Shown here piece by piece: positions 1 through 8,481 of a stretch of DNA of 64,000 nucleotides (within the stretch, counting starts at the first letter, position 1; every line of letters starts with the position of its first letter). The DNA is taken from positions 151,350-215,349 of the forward strand of contig CAVYGD010000002.1 of assembly GCA_963768005.1 (NCBI GenBank), in the 5' to 3' direction. Source of the stretch: an uncultured bacterium. Lineage in GTDB: Bacteria; Actinomycetota; Thermoleophilia; Solirubrobacterales; Solirubrobacteraceae. The notes beneath the pieces are model-generated. The model ran no database searches and had not been told where the DNA came from. It saw only the letters and a list, made by a program, of their open reading frames with translations. A program made the position numbers and the translations under genes.

Positions 1-53
1 CAAGAGTCGCAGCATTCGGCAGCGCTCCAGTAGCCGGGAAGGAGTCAGGTCAG

Positions 54-302
54 TTGAAGCTCATAGCAGCCCCCACTCGCGAGCAAGGTCAAGACTTTGT
101 GATCGTGCTCGTCAAGGATCATGTGATCCAGAACCCGAGCGAGCGCGACCAGATCATCGCCGCGTGCTCGCTCCAGTTCGGTTGCCGCGTCGCCCTCATG
201 GGCGAGCGCCAGCACCGGACGTTCGGCCCGCACGACATCGTGCGATGGCTTGAGGGCGTCGCACCCGAGCAGCTCCCCTGGAAGGAGTTCTCGGTCAACT
301 AA
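54..302 (+). CDS. Small hypothetical protein (82 aa)
   Basis: AAGGAG RBS before a TTG start; protein-like composition (REQG..F.IV.VK, ..PW.E motifs); GC lower than the rest of the window. Confidence 0.65.
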   Translation: MKLIAAPTREQGQDFVIVLVKDHVIQNPSERDQIIAACSLQFGCRVALMGERQHRTFGPHDIVRWLEGVAPEQLPWKEFSVN

Positions 303-370
303 ACGGATTGCGAGCGTGGAGGCAGGGACACGCTCGCGGTCTGCCTGCCTAATCGAGCCCTACTAAGCCT

Positions 371-709
371 ATGCCAACTCAGCTTGAATTCCGCCATGAA
401 GAGGCGCTAGCTCATTTTGTACAGGCTGACCAAGCTTGGATGGAGCAGGGCAACGAGCCCTGCGCGTTCATGTTGATGGTGCACGGCGGCATGATGGAGT
501 CGATCGAGCATCCGTGTTGGGAGGAGGACTGGAACGTGCCGGGTGAGATCACGATCGATGAGCTTGGCGAATTCGGGCTCTTGCGCATCGAAGAGCGCCC
601 TGCGACGATCAAGCGAGTGTTTCGAGTGACTCCGAAGGGTCGAGGCTTCCTCAAGGGCGAGACAAAGTTGCCCAAGCGCCCGATCGGCTTCAATCCTCCA
701 GGCGACTAG
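371..709 (+). CDS. Hypothetical protein (112 aa), possible winged-helix-like C-terminus
   Basis: ATG ORF with balanced composition; LGEFGLLRI..FRVTPKGR resembles a wHTH wing; ends in RPIGF. Confidence 0.55.
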   Translation: MPTQLEFRHEEALAHFVQADQAWMEQGNEPCAFMLMVHGGMMESIEHPCWEEDWNVPGEITIDELGEFGLLRIEERPATIKRVFRVTPKGRGFLKGETKLPKRPIGFNPPGD

Positions 710-751
710 CCCGCGATCTCTAGGCTCTAACTCCGCAAATCGAGCCCGTCC

Positions 752-772
752 ATGGGACCGCGATGGGACCGC
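752..772. repeat. Tandem 10-bp direct repeat ATGGGACCGC, candidate integrase arm-type sites
   Basis: ATGGGACCGC at 752-761 and 763-772, about 50 nt beyond the tRNA 3' end. Confidence 0.5.
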
Positions 773-823
773 AAGCCGTCCATTCAGGACCCCTCCTGAC
801 CTCTTCTTGACCAATCTTTACAG

Positions 824-907
824 TGCCCGGACTGGGACTCGAACCCAGAAGCCCTTGCGAGCGGCAGATTTTAAGTCCGCTGACTTTGCCAGTTTGTCTA
901 CCCGGGC
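824..907 (-). tRNA. tRNA-Leu(TAA)
   Basis: Reverse complement GCCCGGGTAGACAAACTGGCAAAGTCA-GCGGA-CT-TAA-AA-TCTGC, long variable arm, GGTTCGAGTCC T-loop, paired acceptor stem. Confidence 0.95.
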
Positions 908-993
908 GCTGAGGTTTTTCCGATCATACCGTCGGCCCGAGCCGACACCGCGTAGAACTTAAGACACTGTGATCCTGCGTCTGAGAGAACCGC

Positions 994-1860
994 GTGCTGG
1001 AGCTCGGCGAAGCGCCTCTTGTCATGGGGATCGTGAACATCGGCCACGACTCCGTCGCAGAGAGCCTGCGCCTGCGCACGCTCGAGGAGCAGCTCGGCTA
1101 CGCCCATCGCCAGCTTGCCCTCGGCGCGAACATCCTCGACGTCGGCGTGCAGTCCGGGCGCACGGACACCGAGATGATCTCCGAGGCGCAGGAGCTCGAG
1201 CGACTCGCGCCGCTTGTGAGCGCGCTCGCTGCGGAGCATGTCCCGGTCTCGGTGGAGACCTGGCGGCCGGCGGTAGCGAAGGGCGTACTCGAAGCCGGCG
1301 CCGCGGCGATCAACGACGTCAGCGGGCTCGCCGACAGCGGCCTCGCGGACCTCGCTGCCCAGACCGGCGCAGCGCTCGTGGTCATGCACACGCGCGCGCG
1401 GCCGAAGGAAGAGCGCTTCCCCGCCTATGCCGACCCGATGGCCGACGTCGTGGAGTTCCTGACGCAGCGCTGCTCGGTGGCGCGCGAACACGGCGTCGCC
1501 GACAATCAGCTGATCGTCGACCCCGGACTCGACTTTGCGAAAACCTCAGTGCAATCGGTTGAAGTCTTGCGGAGGCTGGCCGAGCTTCACGTGCTCGGAC
1601 GTCCGATCCTGCTCGCGGTCTCGCGCAAATACTTCGTAGGCATGCTCACCGCGAAGACGCCCGAGGAGCGCCTCGCCGGCACGCTCGCCGCGCTCGACCA
1701 CGGGGTCGGCTGCGGCGCGGCGATCTTGCGTGTGCACGACGTCGGCGCGACGGTCGAGTTCCTCGCGGTGCGCGCAGCGCTGCGCGGAACGGGCGAGCCC
1801 GAGATGAAGGGCGACCCCGCGGCCGCCGACCTCAAGTGGCTCGAGGCGAGGAGCGCCTGA
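994..1860 (+). CDS. folP: Dihydropteroate synthase family protein, divergent loops
   Basis: MGIVN, INDVSG, VVMH, IVDPG.DF.K, SRK and RVHDV motifs. Confidence 0.85.
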   Translation: MLELGEAPLVMGIVNIGHDSVAESLRLRTLEEQLGYAHRQLALGANILDVGVQSGRTDTEMISEAQELERLAPLVSALAAEHVPVSVETWRPAVAKGVLEAGAAAINDVSGLADSGLADLAAQTGAALVVMHTRARPKEERFPAYADPMADVVEFLTQRCSVAREHGVADNQLIVDPGLDFAKTSVQSVEVLRRLAELHVLGRPILLAVSRKYFVGMLTAKTPEERLAGTLAALDHGVGCGAAILRVHDVGATVEFLAVRAALRGTGEPEMKGDPAAADLKWLEARSA

Positions 1861-1894
1861 ACATGGTCCAGGCGCTCCAAGCGCGCTCGAGCGG

Positions 1895-2329
1895 TCATGC
1901 CACCAGCTCTGCTTCGGCGCCCGCCTGCGCGACGTGTAGCTCGTCCTCGCCGGCGTCCAGCTCGTCCATGCCGTCCGGCCCCAACGTCGGCGCGCCGAGA
2001 AACTGGACCTCGTTCGCAATAACCGTGACGGCCTCGCGCCGCTGCCCCTCGGGAGACTCCCACTCGCTCCACTCCAAGCGGCCGTCGACGGCGACGGCGC
2101 TGCCGCGCTGGAGGTAGCGGTGGACGCTCTCGCCGCGCGGCCCGAACACGCTCACGTCGAAGAAGTTCGGCTTTTGGTCGTAGCCGCCCTCGGCGTTGCG
2201 CCGGCGACCGTTGCAGGCGATTCGGATATGACACACGCTCCGCCCCGAGGTGAGCTGTCGGAGCTCGGGGTCGCGGGTCAAGTTACCTATGGCAGTGACG
2301 CGATTGATGCTGGTGTACGGCATTGTCAT
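1895..2329 (-). CDS. ssb: Single-stranded DNA-binding protein
   Basis: INRV..IGNLTRDPELR, V.VDGRLEW..WE...GQRR, VIA.EVQFL; AAGGAG RBS upstream of ATG at 2329; lacks the DDIPF tail of the housekeeping SSB. Confidence 0.93.
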   Translation of the reverse strand: MTMPYTSINRVTAIGNLTRDPELRQLTSGRSVCHIRIACNGRRRNAEGGYDQKPNFFDVSVFGPRGESVHRYLQRGSAVAVDGRLEWSEWESPEGQRREAVTVIANEVQFLGAPTLGPDGMDELDAGEDELHVAQAGAEAELVA

Positions 2330-2422
2330 CTCCTTTGCTCGGTGTGGAGGAGCCACGCTAGGCCCGACCTGCGACGGCTCGCTCACGGCACTGCGACTGC
2401 GCAGCAACGCGGCGCACATCCG

Positions 2423-2449
2423 CACACGGCGCCGCCAACCTGGCGTTTA
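2423..2449 (-). promoter_or_regulatory. sigma28/WhiG-like promoter candidate upstream of ssb
   Basis: TAAA-N15-GCCGTGTG versus consensus TAAA-N15-GCCGATAA. Confidence 0.35.
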
Positions 2450-2528
2450 AACCCAAAAAGGCCGGCCCGGGAACGCGTGCGACGTGGCTGCCGCACGCGC
2501 GTCTCCCGGATCCGGACTTCCGTAGCCG

Positions 2529-4187
2529 TCAATCGCGCCGCGGGGAGCTCACGCGCACGAGCCGCGGCTGTTCGCCAAGCGATTTGAGGACCGCGACCCC
2601 GGTTGGGAGCCCCATCAGCTCCGCCGGTCGCACGTATGGCTCGCTCGCCCGCGAGCGGACCGCGGTTCCGCGCCCGCGCCAGCCGCCGACGCCGACCGCG
2701 ACGTGCTCGCTCAAGCGTTGAACCTCGCGCGTGCCAAGCTCCAGCGACGCACGCGTCGCCGACGCATGGCCTGGGAGGCGATGCACCAGCAGCGTCGCGC
2801 GGTTGTCGAGCAGCTGGTCGACGCCACCATCCGCATGCGCGCGCTGAAAGTCGGCGAGCGACTGCGTGCCGAGCAAGACCATCATGCCCGCGGAGCGACC
2901 ACGCGCGAACAGGCTCGCGACGCCGGCGAGCGCGGGGTCTGTCGCGAAGGCCTGAACGTCGTCGAGCGTGAGGACGGTCGGCATGAACTCGCCGCTTCGC
3001 TGCATCGTCGCGGCGACGCTGACGAGGTCCATCACTACTGCCGCGCCCACCATCCGCGAGAGCGCCGGGCGGGCGTCGGCGTTCAGGTTGAAGTACGCGA
3101 CGTCGCCGCTGCGCACGCTAGCGAGCAGGTCCACGAGCTCCTCGCCCGGCGCCGGCTCGAGCAGCGCCCCCACATCCGACTCCGCAAGTGCCGCCAGGCG
3201 GTGCTGCGTCCCTGCAATCGCCTGGCGCTCGGCGCGCTCCAGCGCGGGCAAGCAGGCCACCAGCGCGTTCCACGAGCCCGGCGTCGCGGTTTCCATCTCA
3301 GGCGCAAGCTGCTCGAGATTGCCCGGATCGACATAGTGGGCCAGCGTTTGCAGGGTCGGTTCGCGCCCAGCCGCGCGCAGAGCCCGCACCGCGAAGCCGA
3401 GGAAGCGCTGGCCAAGGCGCAGGTAATAGTCATCGCCCCAGCGCTCGGCCGCGAGCGCCTTGTCGACGATCTCCGTGTCGGACCCGTGGCCGAACGGGCT
3501 GTACCGCGTCGAGTGATGCGGCGACCATGCGACGAAGCGCCGCCCGCTCGTGACCGCGAAGCGTTCGAGATCGCGCTCGAGCTCGGGATCGCCCTTGCCG
3601 TCAACGACGACCGCGCCCATCGTCTTCACCGCCTCGCCGAGGATGCGACGCATCGTCATCGTCTTCCCGGCACCGGTGGCGCCGACGAGCACCGCGTGAC
3701 GCGGCGGCACCCACACAGGACGACGAGTCCGGCAGGTTTCACCGACCAGGAGCCGGCCTGCTGCGTTCTCACCGCGCCAGCGACTTGGGACCCGCGCCGG
3801 TCGGCGAAGGGCGCGCAGCAGGTCGCCGATCGTGAACCGCTCCCCCGACGAGGACACCGCGCGTACATCCTCCTCGGCGAGCTGCCAGCCGCGACTCACA
3901 CGCGTCGCGACGAGTATCGCGAGGATGAGGCCCGGCGCCCCCAGGGCTCCGGCGATCGGCACGCTCGTGAGCAGCGAGCCCGCGCCGAGCGCCCACATAC
4001 CCGTGCACCACACGAGCGCGCACGCACTCAAACTCCAGTGAAGGCGCCGGCGATGGATCGCCCACGCGAGCCCCCCGCTCACCAGCGCGAGCATCAGTGC
4101 CCGCAAGCCCAGCGCGAGTACGGGCTCGCCGAGCCGACCCAGATCATGCGCCGGCGCGTACTGCGCCAACGACTCCAACGTGAGCAT
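2529..4187 (-). CDS. VirD4/TraD-like type IV coupling ATPase
   Basis: N-terminal TM segments, Walker A GATGAGKT, VVVDGKGD, Walker B-like LTLDDVQ, RGRSAG..LGTQS.AD, ELMGLPTG.A. Confidence 0.85.
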   Translation of the reverse strand: MLTLESLAQYAPAHDLGRLGEPVLALGLRALMLALVSGGLAWAIHRRRLHWSLSACALVWCTGMWALGAGSLLTSVPIAGALGAPGLILAILVATRVSRGWQLAEEDVRAVSSSGERFTIGDLLRALRRPARVPSRWRGENAAGRLLVGETCRTRRPVWVPPRHAVLVGATGAGKTMTMRRILGEAVKTMGAVVVDGKGDPELERDLERFAVTSGRRFVAWSPHHSTRYSPFGHGSDTEIVDKALAAERWGDDYYLRLGQRFLGFAVRALRAAGREPTLQTLAHYVDPGNLEQLAPEMETATPGSWNALVACLPALERAERQAIAGTQHRLAALAESDVGALLEPAPGEELVDLLASVRSGDVAYFNLNADARPALSRMVGAAVVMDLVSVAATMQRSGEFMPTVLTLDDVQAFATDPALAGVASLFARGRSAGMMVLLGTQSLADFQRAHADGGVDQLLDNRATLLVHRLPGHASATRASLELGTREVQRLSEHVAVGVGGWRGRGTAVRSRASEPYVRPAELMGLPTGVAVLKSLGEQPRLVRVSSPRRD

Positions 4188-4235
4188 TCTGTGCTCCTTT
4201 CTGTCCGCGAAGGCGGACCGATCAGGGGTGCACGA

Positions 4236-5163
4236 CTAGCCGAGCTCGACCTCTCGCGGGCTCACGCCGAGCCCCCGACGCGCGATCAAGCCGAGCACGT
4301 CGCTGTGCACCCAGGGTGTGGGCGTGCTCCCGCCGCCCTCGGGCGCAAGCCCGATCCGGCGCGCGAGCCAACTCGTCTCGCCCGTGACGTTCCCGCGCGA
4401 GTCGCGCTTCACGCGGCCGCAGCGGATCGCAATCTCACTGGCGCTGATGCCCTCGGTCTGCATCGCATCCAGGACAGCCGCGCGAAGTCCCCGGTTGAGG
4501 ACGATGCTGCTCTGGTCGACGCGACGCAGCTCCGCACGAAGCACGCTGACCGAGACGCATCGGGTCGTCCCGATGACGGCGGAGCGCCTCGCCCGTCAGC
4601 GATCGCACGGGCTCGTAGCTCTCGAGCGCGGCGATCACGTCGCGCGCGCTGATAGGCGAACGGCCCGCTCCGTCGAGCGCCACCCAACGCAAATCCGGAA
4701 TCGCATGCGCTCCGGCCACCGCCTCCAGCCGATAGCGGCGCGAGCGCCCCTCCAGGAGTTCTCGCTCGGTCGCCGGCCGGTGCTTGGAGTCCTCGTCATG
4801 CGGCACGTGCTCGAGGTCCGCCGGCAACACCGGACGGCAGCGCCCGCGACTTGCGTCGGCGAGGTAGTGGGCGCAGACCATCTGCGCGTTCTGCGCGGGC
4901 TCGTCGGCGGCGAGATGCGCGACGAGTCTGCGCTCGGCGAGCGTGATCGCGTCACGATCGACCACGAGCACGCTGCCCGCGGCGCCCGCGAGAGCGACAA
5001 CCTCGTGGAGTCGGCCCGCGGCGTCGGCATAGCGGCCGAGCGGGCCTCGTGCGCGAGCTCGCCGGAGGTCGGGGCGCGCGAGGCGCTTACGGCGCATCCC
5101 TGGTGATCGGTGCTGGCGAGTCGCCGAGCTGGGAGCCTCAGCGCGGACGAGCGAACTCTTCAT
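4236..5163 (-). CDS. Hypothetical protein with C-terminal HTH-like region, one frameshift near 4550
   Basis: GGAGG RBS before ATG at 5163; ORFs 4435-5259 and 4236-4544 join into one plausible protein; ISASEIAIRCG resembles an HTH. Confidence 0.6.
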
Positions 5164-5182
5164 CTTGACCTCCTGTGGTCGG

Positions 5183-5210
5183 GTTACGGCTGATCGACCC
5201 GCTCTTTTAG
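5183..5210 (-). promoter_or_regulatory. sigma28/WhiG-like promoter candidate
   Basis: CTAAA-N15-GCCGTAAC ending 20 nt upstream of the ATG at 5163. Confidence 0.5.
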
Positions 5211-5325
5211 GCGGCCGCGCGGGCGGGAGTGACTCGCCCCGACCCAGCGGCGGCGCCACTCGCTCGAGCTCCGAGAACCCCCTATGGGGGTCCTCGGACG
5301 GATCGGGCGCCTCCGTGCGCGGCCG

Positions 5326-6753
5326 TCAAGCTCGGCGCGAAAACGCCTTCGGGAGCAGCCGCACACGCACTCGGTCGCTAGCGCCGATCGACGCGAGTCG
5401 TCGCGCCGCCGCAAGCGATGCGCTCGCCGACGAAACGTAAACGAGCGCGCTTGCAAGGTCCTCCAGGCACGTCCACGCATTCGCCGCGACGGCGAGGCCG
5501 GGGCCGCCCTGCGGGCCCGACTGCACGAACACCGCGATCGACGGTGAGCGCTCATCGCCCGCTGGCACGAGCACAAGCGAGGGACCGCCGCGCGGTGCGC
5601 CGACCTGCTCGCGAGCGCCGCGAAGAGCTGCCGATGCCTTGAGCTCGCGCCGACTCAAAACGCGATAAGCGGGGTACTCGCGCTCGAGCGAGGCTGCCAC
5701 CCGCGCCTCCGCCGCGCCCCGTGCAGCGGAGCTGTAGTTGACGGCACATGCGGGCAGGCTGCGCAGATCGGCTGCGCGCAGTCCGCTCGCAGTGGCCCAG
5801 CACAAGGGACCCTCCTCGCGGAGGATCGTCGCCGACCCCACGAGGGCAGCCCGCTGCGCGTGGGAGACGAGGCTGCAGACCCTGGTCTGGTCAAGGCCCA
5901 TGTGCACACCGATGCTGTCGACGCCGGCCACGCCCCAGCGGCCGACCCACCTCAACAACGCCCTGATCTCCCGCGGGGTCCCGCGATCGGCGCCCGCACT
6001 CTCGGTGATCGCGCCACGCATGAGCGGAAGCGAGCGGTAGAAGCTCCGTCGCCGCAACGTGGGCACGTCGGGGTCAGCGAGTGCAAGTACCGTGATCCGC
6101 CGCGTCGCGTCCGCCCGCTCGATCGCAGCGCCGAGCGCGTCCACGAGTGTGGGCGCCGCGAGGTAGAGCACACCGGCGACCTCGGCGCAGTGCTGCCACG
6201 CCCGGCAGATGGCCTCGAGGTGCGCCGCGCTTTTACGACTCAGCTCCACCTCGACTGCGACCGGCAGTCCCTCGGCGGGTGAGACCGGCTTGATGAGCAG
6301 ATCCGGGCGCTTGCGCGCGCCCCCGCGATGATGCACATACGGCCTCGCGAGCGACGGCCCGTCGGGCAGCGAGCCTCGCGCAGCAAGCTGAAGCTCGCGT
6401 TCACTGAGCACGTCGCACGCAAGCCCGAGTCTGCGCTCGAGCCACACCGCCGCCCACGCCGCAGCCCGCAGGTGGCCCTCCGCGCGGGGCGAGGCGTGGC
6501 AGACACCCATCTGCGCGAGCCCCAACGTGCGCAGACCCTTGGCCGTGGCCACGAACAGCTCGGGCTCGGCGACCAGCACACCGGCACGCCGCAGCAGTCC
6601 CCGCGCCACGCACTCGGCGAGCGCGCCCGAGACGACGCGCTCGTCGATGCCGAAGCGGATGCCGAGGTGTGCCGCGGTCGCGACGCCGTGGCGCGCGACC
6701 CAAGTGAGGAGCAGTTCCTGCGTTTCGTTCGTCGGCCCGCACCGCGCGGTCAC
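5326..6753 (-). CDS. Replication-relaxation (Replic_Relax)-like protein with internal duplication
   Basis: wHTH then H..A.A, RPDLLI and AVEVELSRKS (PD-(D/E)xK-like); second half repeats the first (WVARHGVA/WVGRWGVA, ATAKGLR/ATASGLR, VLSEREL/VLSRREL); GTG start overlaps the upstream stop. Confidence 0.7.
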   Translation of the reverse strand: MTARCGPTNETQELLLTWVARHGVATAAHLGIRFGIDERVVSGALAECVARGLLRRAGVLVAEPELFVATAKGLRTLGLAQMGVCHASPRAEGHLRAAAWAAVWLERRLGLACDVLSERELQLAARGSLPDGPSLARPYVHHRGGARKRPDLLIKPVSPAEGLPVAVEVELSRKSAAHLEAICRAWQHCAEVAGVLYLAAPTLVDALGAAIERADATRRITVLALADPDVPTLRRRSFYRSLPLMRGAITESAGADRGTPREIRALLRWVGRWGVAGVDSIGVHMGLDQTRVCSLVSHAQRAALVGSATILREEGPLCWATASGLRAADLRSLPACAVNYSSAARGAAEARVAASLEREYPAYRVLSRRELKASAALRGAREQVGAPRGGPSLVLVPAGDERSPSIAVFVQSGPQGGPGLAVAANAWTCLEDLASALVYVSSASASLAAARRLASIGASDRVRVRLLPKAFSRRA

Positions 6754-7037
6754 GAGGAGAGCTCGAGCTCGAGGCGATTCCTCGCTTGCGCGAGGCTCCT
6801 GCACTGCTCCGCGGAGAGCGCGTGCAGGTAACGCAGGAGCAGCTCGCCCGTGGCGCCGTCGAGACGCTCCTGCACGAGCGCCTCCATCGCGAGGGGGTCG
6901 ACATGACGCACCAGTTCGGCGTCGTCCGCGTCGGCACCGGCCGCCTGCAGCGCGAGGGCGACGAGCACGAGGTGCTTGCGTGTGAGCGGATCGAGCGCAG
7001 CGCACGCGCGGACAGGGCTGCTGAGAGCAGCGGACAT
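6750..7037 (-). CDS. Hypothetical protein (95 aa)
   Basis: AAGGAGG RBS; stop overlaps the next start (GTGA). Confidence 0.65.
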   Translation of the reverse strand: MSAALSSPVRACAALDPLTRKHLVLVALALQAAGADADDAELVRHVDPLAMEALVQERLDGATGELLLRYLHALSAEQCRSLAQARNRLELELSS

Positions 7038-7468
7038 CGTTGAACCTCCTTGTCTGAGATCTGATCTGCGGCGGGCGTGATGCGCACACGGGTGCGCCAG
7101 CCGCGCCGCGGCCTTGCTGAGAGCGTCGATGCCCGCGAGAGAGCTGCGAGCTATGGGGTCCTACAAGAGGGACTGCTCAGGGCAAGCGAGAATGAACGGA
7201 GAACCGTAGCGCCGCCAACCGGTGCGCCAGCAGCGGGCACGCGCCGACGTCGCCGCTCGCATCGCCCGACTGCACGAACGGTCGGGCTCTCCGTCGCTGC
7301 CGTGCCCGTGCCGCCGGCGCGAGGGGCGCAGCCTGGTGGCGGATGTGGCCGATGCAGACTGCACTCGCGGGTCAACGGAGCCCGAGGCGGCTGCACCGGC
7401 CGGACACCCGACTGCACGTCGTGCGCCCCCAACGCGAGCGCTCACACGCGCCAGCCGGGGATCGGCGC

Positions 7469-7825
7469 TCACGGGTCCTGAAGGAGCCCGAGCACGTTGC
7501 CATCGGGATCGGTGACTGTGGCCACCAGGCGGCCGGCACCGACGTCGTGCGCGGGTTCCTTGACGGTGGCGCCCGCGGCGGTGACCTCGGCCAGCTTGGC
7601 CTCGATGTCAGGCACGTGCCAGAACGCCACCGGTGAGGCCATGCCCTGCGGCCCACCGCCAGGCACCAGCCCGATCTGCTGGCCCGCGGCCTCGAACCCG
7701 ACGTAGTAGGACGAGTCGGACTGCGGCGGTACGCCGAGCAGCGCCGTGTACACCGGCTTGGCCGTTGCCAGGTCGGACACGGGATGCAGCACGGTCTTGA
7801 TTCCCTCGGTGGTAGAGCCGGTCAT
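7469..7825 (-). CDS. VOC/glyoxalase family protein
   Basis: HPVSDL..AK..Y..LLG, WHVPDI, VTDPDGNVLGLLQ; AGGAG RBS. Confidence 0.9.
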   Translation of the reverse strand: MTGSTTEGIKTVLHPVSDLATAKPVYTALLGVPPQSDSSYYVGFEAAGQQIGLVPGGGPQGMASPVAFWHVPDIEAKLAEVTAAGATVKEPAHDVGAGRLVATVTDPDGNVLGLLQDP

Positions 7826-7995
7826 GGTCACTCCTGAAGTCGTGGGTCGTATCGACCCGGTGTGTGTCATCGGGCTTGGAGACGAACGGCAGCCGTGAAG
7901 TCGACAGCCCAATCGCCGTGGCGGCCACTGTAGTTGCGTCTAGTGACCGGCGCTTCTCGATTCCTGATCGATTTCGTCGTCTGCCCGACGCGGCA

Positions 7996-8481
7996 CTAAC
8001 GCGCAAGCCGCTCGTAACGAAGCTCGTACTCGCTCCCCTCGTCGTGCGCGGCGGCGAACGCCGATTGCAGGTCGCGCCGCGCCGCATCGAGGCTCCCTAG
8101 GTAGCTGACAAGGAGCACGGGCCGGCCGTCGGGTCGGGCACCGACAAGCGTCACGCCGAGCTCGCGATCGCGGTACGGCACGCGCTGAAGAAACGGCCGC
8201 GTCGCGAGCAGGCGCAGGTGCGCCGCCCGCAACTCCGGATCGCGCGCGTCGGGATCGATGTTCGCGAAAGCCGAAACCGCCGACGCGCGCGCACGCGCCT
8301 GGCCGGGGTATGAGGCGGGCCCGCGGCCCACCGGCAGCAGGATCGCCTGCTTGCCACCGACGCGCGCGAGATCTGACCCTCCGCCCGGGGCGGTGGTCGC
8401 GAACACGAGCAGCGCACCCAGGAGAAGGCCTGCGAGACAGCCGCCCACCCCGATGGCCGGGATCTCAAGTCGGCGCCGCAT
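7996..8481 (-). CDS. Membrane-anchored hypothetical protein
   Basis: N-terminal hydrophobic helix; overlaps the end of the CHAP gene. Confidence 0.55.
   Translation of the reverse strand: MRRRLEIPAIGVGGCLAGLLLGALLVFATTAPGGGSDLARVGGKQAILLPVGRGPASYPGQARARASAVSAFANIDPDARDPELRAAHLRLLATRPFLQRVPYRDRELGVTLVGARPDGRPVLLVSYLGSLDAARRDLQSAFAAAHDEGSEYELRYERLAR

Noticed and set aside
2703-4652. 649-aa plus-strand ORF and similar long Arg/Ala-rich ORFs (e.g. 45841-47685 minus, 5' half of 31828-34428)
   Set aside because: Antisense or off-frame to well-supported genes, with no motifs
7469-7825. VOC gene as an antibiotic-resistance determinant
   Set aside because: The fold is functionally diverse and the sequence gives no substrate; treated as cargo
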